From Pedobacter sp. (GTDB lineage: Bacteria; Desulfobacterota; Desulfuromonadia; Geobacterales; Pseudopelobacteraceae): a stretch of DNA of 51,490 bases. A model generated the notes under the pieces. It was not told the origin of the DNA. It was given only the letters and a program-made list of their open reading frames with translations, and searched no databases. The position numbers and the translations under genes are program-made. Position 1 is the first letter of the stretch, and the number at the start of each line of letters is the position of its first letter. Of this stretch, positions 30,482-38,553 are shown piece by piece. Location of the stretch: the NCBI GenBank assembly GCA_041672425.1, contig JBAYZR010000001.1, positions 1 to 51,490 of the forward strand, read 5' to 3'.

Positions 30482-31015
30482 ATGGGATTTTCCATAAATG
30501 GTTCCTCAAATATCCGAAACTCTAACCTGACCCCAGAGGTTTTCCCATTCGGATTTCTAGAAGAAATTTTAGGGAAAGCGATCTTTGCGTTTACAGCAAC
30601 GCGATCATTTGAAGAGGCCGAGATTGCTGAGGCCTACGACGAGTGGCTTCCCAAGCTTGAGCGTGCTCTTATAGATCCTCTGGGAAATCTGATTGATGCT
30701 TACGGAAATGCGGTGCGAGACAATTCGGGCGCTGTAATAGAGAATTTTGATGAGATCCTTGGCGATCTACGAAAAGCTTCACAAATGCGGAACATTCTGT
30801 GTCACGGATCATGGAGATTGCCGGACACGAGCGGAGCTTCGATTCCCTTCTTCGTGAATCGTAAAAAGGAGATTGTTGACAGCGCAATGGATTGTCAGTT
30901 CCTTGATCAGGCGCAGAAACACACGGCCGATCTGGCATGTGTGGTTATTAACACCGTTACCCAAATGGGTTTGCAGTTTCCTGGGTCGGCTGGTCCAGGC
31001 AAGACAATTTGGTAA
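30482..31015 (+). CDS. HEPN-like protein (putative RNase)
   Basis: ATG at 30482 after an AAGGA RBS. LRKASQMRNILCHGSW contains an R-N-x3-H motif, the HEPN Rx4-6H consensus, in a helical context. Confidence 0.45.
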   Translation: MGFSINGSSNIRNSNLTPEVFPFGFLEEILGKAIFAFTATRSFEEAEIAEAYDEWLPKLERALIDPLGNLIDAYGNAVRDNSGAVIENFDEILGDLRKASQMRNILCHGSWRLPDTSGASIPFFVNRKKEIVDSAMDCQFLDQAQKHTADLACVVINTVTQMGLQFPGSAGPGKTIW

Positions 31016-31058
31016 TCCATTATCATAAATCCGAGAACCGTAAGAAAATGGAGGAAGT

Positions 31059-31592
31059 ATGGCTGTTCTGGTTGAGGGTATTTCCGTGATAATACGAGCA
31101 AGTGCAATTCATCAGAAATTTCCCGGAGGCTGGGACGCATTCAAACATATTGTTCCCAATCAAACATTGTGTGCCGACAATGAGATTGTTCGTATAGGTT
31201 TCATGAATCCAAATGACATTGAATCTTTCATAAAGAACCTTGAAAAAGAAGGGCTTGAATTTTTGAAAGCTGGAGAGGCTATTGATATTGCAGTTGCTGA
31301 CCAGATGAGAGGATTAACTTCAAAGTGTAGCTGGGCAGAATTCGGCCGTATCAATTTAGGTTCTAAACGAAATCAGGAGGTTGGAGCCTGCCGATTAGTT
31401 GGCAGCCAAGTCATGCAAGTTGTAACTCCACCTGACTGGAAATTTGATGGTTCATTGAGTCAAACATATGGTTTCGTTCCATCTGGACAAAATCAAACTG
31501 GCTTAAAATTCCTCAGGCATGAAAACGATCTTGATGTCTACTACGATTCACTTTCAGAGAAAGAGGTTTACGTGGGGCGAACCGGAGAGTGA
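31059..31592 (+). CDS. Hypothetical 177-aa protein
   Basis: ORF 43 nt downstream of the HEPN-like gene on the same strand. No motif recognised. Confidence 0.45.
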   Translation: MAVLVEGISVIIRASAIHQKFPGGWDAFKHIVPNQTLCADNEIVRIGFMNPNDIESFIKNLEKEGLEFLKAGEAIDIAVADQMRGLTSKCSWAEFGRINLGSKRNQEVGACRLVGSQVMQVVTPPDWKFDGSLSQTYGFVPSGQNQTGLKFLRHENDLDVYYDSLSEKEVYVGRTGE

Positions 31593-31707
31593 GTCCAAAC
31601 CACTCGGCGGCAGACGGTCTTCGCTTACGCTACGCCGCTGCGCCTCGACCACGTTGTGCCCCAAGAGACAATAAAAATCTTCAAATTTCTGGTTTCCCGA
31701 GGCCCAC

Positions 31708-34700
31708 ATGCCGATAGATCTACAAGACACAGGCTATGTAGATAATGGAATAGAAGAAAATGGCTATGATGATACCGTATTTATTCCCGCACCTACTAAT
31801 GACCTCTTCAATGGTCAAGTGCCAATAGAGCAAGCGATACAAAGGCTCCGCACAAAACTACTTGATATTTCATCAAAAAACCGTCTTATCAGCTACAGAT
31901 ACCCAAAAGGCAAATCAATTCAATTTGTCAATTCCCCGAACCTAAATCTCATATTCAATCGCCTTACCGAAAGCAAGCCTATTGGCATCAGCTTCGTTCA
32001 AGACCCTCCTGTAGGTAGCTATACACAGAAAAAGCCCGATGTAAAAGTCATTGCGGAATCTCTTGGGATAGATGTCGATATAGATTTCCCTCCCGAATCA
32101 TGCGCTCCCAGTACCCATAGGCGCTTGTCTAACTTACAGGCCCTTTTTTACCCCCAAGATCTTGATAAAATATGCCGCAAAATTGCAAGCGAGGCTCGTA
32201 CAGTAATCGAGGAAACCGGCACAAATATGCTGTTCCTTATTTTCGGATTCCTTGAATTCTATGATTCCGACGATTCAGAGAAACCGATTTATGCACCATT
32301 ACTCGCTGTTCCTGTCACCCTAAATCGTGGGTCAATTGACCCAATAACCAGAACCTATTTGTATTCGATAAATTATTCAGGTGAGGATGTTCATTCAAAT
32401 CAGACTTTGAATGAAAAGATGAAGCAGGATTTCACTCTTAATTTGCCTGAATATAACGATGAAGAAGAAATTGGTGAATACTTTACTGCAATCTCCCAGG
32501 CTGTCAAAAACAAGAATCGGTGGAGAGTCAGATATCAGCTGACTTTGGGGTTCTTATCTTTTGGCAAGTTGGCTATTTGGGCAGACCTCGACCCTAAAAA
32601 GTGTTCTGGGCTTCTGACTCACCCATTATTGAATGAAATATTTTCTGGCGGCAATGGGGGTGGTGTCGGACAATCCGCAGAAGATTACGAGATTGATAAC
32701 CATTATCAGGGCGAACTCCCGCTAATCTATGATGCCGATTCATCACAGCATAGCGCAATAATAGATGTTATGGACGGGAAGAATATTGTAATCAATGGAC
32801 CTCCCGGAACCGGAAAATCGCAGACAATTACGAACATTATTGCATCAGGGTTGAACGCTGGTAAAACTGTTCTGTTTGTATCAGAAAAGCTTGCGGCCCT
32901 TGAAGTTGTACGGCATCGACTGAATCACGCAAATCTTGGTCATTTTTGTTTAGAACTGCACAGTCACAAAACTCAGAAGAAAAAGCTGTTGAGTGACCTT
33001 CAAGACCGTATCGATGCCTATTTTGTTCCCCCTCAACAATTGCAAAACCGGATAACAACGCTCAACCGCCACAAGAAAGACCTCAATCGGTATGTTGAAT
33101 TAATTTCTAGTCGAATTGGTAACGAACTTGGCCTAACTGTCCATGAAATCTTCTGGAAAACAGAACGATTTCGACAAATGAACTGTGAGATGGTCAATAC
33201 CCTCACATCGTTGAACTACCAAAAGGCTGAAAACTTAACTTTAGATGAAATTGCCGATTTACGTGCAAAGGTTGAAGTTCTAGGGCAATTATATTCGACA
33301 GTCAAAACCTACGATTCCAATCATCCATGGTGGGGGTTTTTCCCAAAGCCCCTTGCTCCAGGCGATGATTCAGCAATAAGTCTTGTAATAAACGAGGCCA
33401 AGACTCTTGCTGAAGCACTTTATATTTTGACAATTGAGTTCCAAGAACGGGTTTCATTTTTGCAGGAACCATCACTTGATACGCTATTGTCTTTCAATCG
33501 TCTTGTTCAAGAACTATCGACTCCACCAGATAACCTGAGAAGTGAAATATTTCCCCGCGTATTTAATGCTGAAGACCCGCTTGGTAAGCATAACAGGGGT
33601 CTTTTGAATGGCGTAATTAGCACAGTGAAAAACGCACGGGAGCTTAAGGAACAAGCAGAGAAAAATATAGTTCCTAATTGCGAATTGAGCTATGAAACCG
33701 CAGGACCTATTCTGGAGAGTTGCAAGAGTCAACTATCAAAAACCGCTTTTAGCACACCACTTCATATTGTTGCTGAATTCGTATCAGATGCCGAAAATGC
33801 CCTATCTCAATTCAAGAACGTTATCTCAGAATACAATTACATTTATCAGTCTATACCCGGTTCAAACACTGAAAAGCTGGAAAAGTTTGATTCAAGGTTT
33901 AATGCAACATTGCCACTCACCCTTGAAGAACAGCCGGAATGTCTTATCAGAGAAGGTTCGAGATTTCTTTCAGAAGAAATAGAAAGCCTGAAACAATCTT
34001 TTGAGCGAGTATCTGCAATTGCACATCACAGGGAATTGAAATTTGATGGGACTCCAACAGAAGTTGAGAATTTGGGACGTGGAGAAGGTATCGCAGAAAT
34101 TCTTCCTGGAGTCAGAATAGACGAATCGATACTTGAAAAAACAAGACAGGCCGCAAAATACTATCTATCAGACTTGCCTATCGGTGAGACAGATAGACGG
34201 CAACAGGGACTACATGACCTGAATGACCGGGTTAACCGTTTACTCTACGAAATCGGTGGATATGCCCAAAACCTGTATTTGACGTTTGACGGTACTCAGA
34301 AATCACTCGAATACCTTGCGACAATAAGCAAGATATCATCAGCTGCACCTACAGACCTCCTAGATTACCGTCACGCACCTCTTGCACATCCAATGTCGTT
34401 AGAGCTGATACCAAAGGCTGAAGAGGCGTTACAGTCCGAATTATTACAACGACAGGCACTTACTAACGCGTTCCATCTTGATGCTTTACCTGAATTGAGC
34501 ACGTTGAAGAGTACCATGCTGACGTTTAGACGTGGTGATAGCCTTTTCAATATATTCAACAGTGACTGGAGAGCTGCAAAGAAGCTCTTTAATAACCTGT
34601 CCAAGAATAAGACAAAGCATAAGGCATCTGAATATGAAGAGAAAATATCAAAAATAATCAGCTGGCTTGAGTACAGAACGGCACTTACTTCCAACGAAGA

Positions 34701-35034
34701 CTTCAAAAGGTCGTTTGGCCCATTGTTCAGAGGTCTTGATACAGACATCTCCAAAATTAAACGGTTGCACAACTGGTATATGGAGAGCATGGCAGAGTTG
34801 CTTAAGCATCCAGGGCTTATAGATAATGTCGATTTATCTACTATGAGTTCACAGACCATTAACCAGGTGGGGGCATTATCCGCAAGGATACAGGTAATTG
34901 TAGATGAACTTAATACCAGTTTGACCGAATGCAGGGATTTTCTTGGAGAAATCGCAGTACAGATGGACTCCGTTTTAGGCAGTCTGGATGGAATGAATAT
35001 AGCAAGAAAATCAGCGAGATTGCTGATGCTTTGA
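31708..35034 (+). CDS. DUF4011 / Upf1-like SF1 helicase giant protein, N-terminal part (frameshifted)
   Basis: LRTKLLDISSKNRLISYRYPKGKSIQF and MLFLIFGFLEFYDSDD fit the DUF4011 pattern. Walker A is INGPPGTGKSQTITN. The frame switches near 34960-34990 into the ORF starting at 34929. Confidence 0.75.
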   Translation: MPIDLQDTGYVDNGIEENGYDDTVFIPAPTNDLFNGQVPIEQAIQRLRTKLLDISSKNRLISYRYPKGKSIQFVNSPNLNLIFNRLTESKPIGISFVQDPPVGSYTQKKPDVKVIAESLGIDVDIDFPPESCAPSTHRRLSNLQALFYPQDLDKICRKIASEARTVIEETGTNMLFLIFGFLEFYDSDDSEKPIYAPLLAVPVTLNRGSIDPITRTYLYSINYSGEDVHSNQTLNEKMKQDFTLNLPEYNDEEEIGEYFTAISQAVKNKNRWRVRYQLTLGFLSFGKLAIWADLDPKKCSGLLTHPLLNEIFSGGNGGGVGQSAEDYEIDNHYQGELPLIYDADSSQHSAIIDVMDGKNIVINGPPGTGKSQTITNIIASGLNAGKTVLFVSEKLAALEVVRHRLNHANLGHFCLELHSHKTQKKKLLSDLQDRIDAYFVPPQQLQNRITTLNRHKKDLNRYVELISSRIGNELGLTVHEIFWKTERFRQMNCEMVNTLTSLNYQKAENLTLDEIADLRAKVEVLGQLYSTVKTYDSNHPWWGFFPKPLAPGDDSAISLVINEAKTLAEALYILTIEFQERVSFLQEPSLDTLLSFNRLVQELSTPPDNLRSEIFPRVFNAEDPLGKHNRGLLNGVISTVKNARELKEQAEKNIVPNCELSYETAGPILESCKSQLSKTAFSTPLHIVAEFVSDAENALSQFKNVISEYNYIYQSIPGSNTEKLEKFDSRFNATLPLTLEEQPECLIREGSRFLSEEIESLKQSFERVSAIAHHRELKFDGTPTEVENLGRGEGIAEILPGVRIDESILEKTRQAAKYYLSDLPIGETDRRQQGLHDLNDRVNRLLYEIGGYAQNLYLTFDGTQKSLEYLATISKISSAAPTDLLDYRHAPLAHPMSLELIPKAEEALQSELLQRQALTNAFHLDALPELSTLKSTMLTFRRGDSLFNIFNSDWRAAKKLFNNLSKNKTKHKASEYEEKISKIISWLEYRTALTSNEDFKRSFGPLFRGLDTDISKIKRLHNWYMESMAELLKHPGLIDNVDLSTMSSQTINQVGALSARIQVIVDELNTSLTECRDFLGEIAVQMDSVLGSLDGMNIARKSARLLML

Positions 35035-38024
35035 GAGAAATTACCTCTTTCCTTAAAAACTACATAAAGCCAGATGTTTCCCCGGTTCGAGCAGTTGATG
35101 TATTGAATGCGAAATTAGAATTATCATCTGCCGTTGTTGATTTTGAAGCCCTGAATAATGGCATCAGGTTAATTCATGACAAGTATGAGCATTATCTTCC
35201 CGGAATATCCAAAATCCCTTGCAACAACTGGCGCGAGTATCTTTCTCAGCTTTCAAAACTGGCCAGCACAACCGCTTGTTTAGCCAGCTCAATACTTGAG
35301 TATGCAGACAGCAAGTGTGATTATTCAAAAGTAAGGGCATTCCTGGTTGCAAAGCTTGAGCTTGATAACGTGTTGTCAAGATTTGCCCCGTGCCCTGACA
35401 AAACAGAAACCGCAAGCTGGAAGGAATACCATTCTATAGCGGCTTCCCGAATTGCCACAGCTTCAGAGCTGGTCAATATGCTATTGCCTGTTGGAGTTGT
35501 AGGCAAGACGGCCAAAGAGATGGTAGACGGCCTGATTTCGAAGAAAAGATCCATCGATACTATTCAGGAAATCCATAACAACAAAGCAGTTATGGTCATG
35601 TTGCAAGACCTCTTTGACGGTATGGATACTGATTTAGAGGCTCTTTCAGCAACACTGGGGTGGGGCGAAGAGATTTCAAGAAAACGTAGCATACAGGGAA
35701 CGCCACTTCTTTCATATTTGTTGAGCCAAAATGCCGTAGAGAACCTAGAAGATGCAAAAATACAACTACGAAAAATAGTGGAAACGCGCCAAAGGGTTCT
35801 GGCTAAACTCACTGAATTAAAGGAATTTGGAGAGTTTGACGCAAAAGAATGGAATTGTTCAGAAGACGATTATGCTCATTTGTTTCTCAAGCGAATAGAG
35901 TGTGCTGCAACCAACTTGGATGCTGTCTTAACCTGGTCAAGATACATTCATCAACGCTCAGTCTGTCATGATAACGGCCTGAAGACTTTTGTAAATCACG
36001 TTGAGAACAAAGTAGTACCTGTTGATAATATTGGCGACATCTTTGAATACATCGTTTACCGCTCAATCGGCAGGAAAATATACCGGCAATACCCGGAACT
36101 TGAGGGCTTTAGTGGTGAAAAACATGACAAAATACGAGCAGAATTTGTTGCACTTGATAAGGAAATCATCAATCTAACCGGCAAAAGCTTTGCCTATGAT
36201 ATCGACAAGTCAAAGTGTGTTCCTGATGGGGTTTCCAGCTATAAGGTTTCTGAATTGACGGATATGCACTTATTAAGGAAAGAAATTAATAAAAAGACCA
36301 AACATATTTCAATCCGACAGCTGATACGACGCGCAGGGGATGCAATTCAGGCACTGAAACCTTGTTTCATGATGGGGCCGCTATCCGTTGCACAGTACAT
36401 ACAGCAAGGCGCAATTTCTTTCGATATGATAGTGATGGACGAAGCTTCACAACTCAGACCGGAAGAATCGTTAGGTGCTATTGCGAGAGGTTCACAGTTA
36501 ATCGTTGTTGGAGACCCCAAACAGCTCCCGCCTACCAATTTCTTTGACCGCCTGGCTGATGATAGCGAGGACGATGATGAAAGTGAAGCTGCATCAGTTT
36601 TTGCAGGCACAGAGAGTATCCTTGATATCTGCCAGCAACTGTTTCATCCGGTTCGAACGCTTAAATGGCATTACCGGTCTCAGCATGAATCCTTGATAGC
36701 ATTCTCGAACCACAATTTCTACAATGGAAAGCTGATTGTATTCCCCTCACCATTTGCCAAAAACAACCGGCTGGGACTCCGCTACCGTTACATTAAGAAC
36801 GGGGTTTACAAAGACCGTCAGAACATGGTTGAAGCACAACGGGTGGTGGATGCTGCAATTGAGCACATGATGAAATTCCCTGAAGAGTCACTGGGAATAG
36901 TGACGCTCAACCAGACACAGCGCGACCTTATCGAAGACTTAATGGACAAAAAAGTACGTAATATCGATGAAGCCCAGTCATTTATTTCGAATTGGGAAGA
37001 GGAAGGATGGCCGTTTTTCGTCAAAAACCTCGAAAATGTACAGGGTGACGAACGGGATATCATCTTCATCTCCACAACTTTCGGAAAGCCAGTAGGAGCT
37101 GATAAGGTTCGTCAGAACTTTGGCCCTATAAGCCGACCGGATGGCTGGAGGCGGCTTAACGTTCTATTTACTCGTGCCCGTAGAAAAATAGAGCTTTTCA
37201 CATCAATGTTGCCAGAGGATATAATCATTGCGGCAGGTACACCAGCAGGGACAAGAGCCTTAAGGGATTACCTGGATTTTGCCAAGCGTGGGGTACTCGC
37301 TTCGACAGAGGTAACGGGACGTGAGGAAGACAGCGATTTTGAGATTTCTGTAGGCGATATGTTACGGAATCGAGGATACGAAGTTGTGCCTCAAGTTGGA
37401 GTCGCGGGCTTTTTTATTGACCTGGCTGTACGAAATCCCGACCGCCCTGGTGAATTCCTGGCAGCTGTTGAGTGCGATGGTGCCAGCTACCATTCCAGTG
37501 CTTCAGCCAGAGACCGCGACCGAATCAGGCAGAGTATCCTTGAGTCTCTTGGCTGGAGGGGCCGCATTTGGCGTATCTGGTCAACTGATTGGTTCTACAA
37601 TCCAAGAAGGGAATCAGAAAAACTAATAAACTTCCTTGAAGAACGAAGGGAAATTTCCAAAACAGAGCAAATTGACTATGAGATCGAAGAGGTATTTGAA
37701 GAGGATGATACCGTAATTATTCAGCCAGCGCCAGAAGAAGCAGCTGATACTTTAGAACCATCTCTGCCCGTTGCAAATGAGGAACTTTATGTTGAAGTCG
37801 GAGATTTAGTCACCTATTGCCATGTAGATAACCCAGAAGAACGCAAAACAGCGACGATTGTTGAAACCGAAAGCAATATACAAAAACACTTTGTCAACGA
37901 AAACACCCCGCTTGCTAAAGCCATGCTGGATTCTGCCGTAGGCGATACTGTAGGAATTGTCGTAGCCGGTGGTCATCCTAAAGTAATCAAAATTCTGAAA
38001 ATTCAGCGGCAGGGGGAGGGCTGA
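34929..38024 (+). CDS. Same giant protein, C-terminal part: helicase motifs II-VI, DUF559/Vsr-like endonuclease fold, DUF3320-like tail
   Basis: Helicase motifs IVMDEASQ, VVGDPKQLPPT, WHYRSQHESLIAFSNHNFYNGKL and NVLFTRARRKIELFTS. These are followed by FFIDLAVRNP...AVECDGASYHSSASARDRDRIRQSILESLGW...IWSTDWF. Confidence 0.75.
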   Translation: MQGFSWRNRSTDGLRFRQSGWNEYSKKISEIADALREITSFLKNYIKPDVSPVRAVDVLNAKLELSSAVVDFEALNNGIRLIHDKYEHYLPGISKIPCNNWREYLSQLSKLASTTACLASSILEYADSKCDYSKVRAFLVAKLELDNVLSRFAPCPDKTETASWKEYHSIAASRIATASELVNMLLPVGVVGKTAKEMVDGLISKKRSIDTIQEIHNNKAVMVMLQDLFDGMDTDLEALSATLGWGEEISRKRSIQGTPLLSYLLSQNAVENLEDAKIQLRKIVETRQRVLAKLTELKEFGEFDAKEWNCSEDDYAHLFLKRIECAATNLDAVLTWSRYIHQRSVCHDNGLKTFVNHVENKVVPVDNIGDIFEYIVYRSIGRKIYRQYPELEGFSGEKHDKIRAEFVALDKEIINLTGKSFAYDIDKSKCVPDGVSSYKVSELTDMHLLRKEINKKTKHISIRQLIRRAGDAIQALKPCFMMGPLSVAQYIQQGAISFDMIVMDEASQLRPEESLGAIARGSQLIVVGDPKQLPPTNFFDRLADDSEDDDESEAASVFAGTESILDICQQLFHPVRTLKWHYRSQHESLIAFSNHNFYNGKLIVFPSPFAKNNRLGLRYRYIKNGVYKDRQNMVEAQRVVDAAIEHMMKFPEESLGIVTLNQTQRDLIEDLMDKKVRNIDEAQSFISNWEEEGWPFFVKNLENVQGDERDIIFISTTFGKPVGADKVRQNFGPISRPDGWRRLNVLFTRARRKIELFTSMLPEDIIIAAGTPAGTRALRDYLDFAKRGVLASTEVTGREEDSDFEISVGDMLRNRGYEVVPQVGVAGFFIDLAVRNPDRPGEFLAAVECDGASYHSSASARDRDRIRQSILESLGWRGRIWRIWSTDWFYNPRRESEKLINFLEERREISKTEQIDYEIEEVFEEDDTVIIQPAPEEAADTLEPSLPVANEELYVEVGDLVTYCHVDNPEERKTATIVETESNIQKHFVNENTPLAKAMLDSAVGDTVGIVVAGGHPKVIKILKIQRQGEG

Positions 38025-38101
38025 GGGACGTACTTGAAAAGTTGATTTGAGAGGGCAAAAGGGTCAGTTGGGAAAGTTTTCAAGAGTGTCGCCTTACGGG
38101 A

Positions 38102-38232
38102 CCGGATATCTTGAAAGGCCGCATATCTCGGAACGGGGCAACTTCATTGAAATAGCCAACTATTTCGGCGGCGCGGAAAAGCTTCGGGAAGCGGCAAATG
38201 AGCTGCAAACGCTGCTCTATGCGGGATTCTAA
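38102..38232 (+). pseudogene. hsdR 3'-end remnant no. 2
   Basis: Encodes ...ISERGNFIEIANYFGGAEKLREAANELQTLLYAGF*, homologous to the last residues of the intact HsdR at 28667. Confidence 0.85.
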
Positions 38233-38553
38233 GTTTGCGATATTGATATTGATGAATAAGTGGTTCCATAGGTTGATTCGGGAAAATCAACCGTTGTCAT
38301 ATCTGCATATATTATGAAGTTTCAGTGCTACTGGATCGAGATAAATGGGTGTTGAACAATGCGAAATACTTTATGAACACAGAGTAAATATTCCGTTTGG
38401 ACAGATGACCTGTTTTTGCGCGCGCGTGAACTGCTCAACAATGAGTTGAACAAACCCGATAACAGATCAAATTCAAACCAAGAAACCGAGCGTCCTTGAA
38501 GGCCGCTGAACAAAGCATACTAGAATATCAATTCAAACTAAAATGTGGAGGAG

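Noticed and set aside
38233-38544. Intergenic region upstream of the NTPase-deacetylase gene as a retron ncRNA location
   Set aside because: It contains a small hairpin (GGTTGAT...ATCAACC) and short direct repeats (GTTGAACAA twice, and similar ATCAAATTCAAAC / ATCAATTCAAAC motifs). I could find no flanking a1/a2-type inverted repeat, so it remains untested rather than supported.
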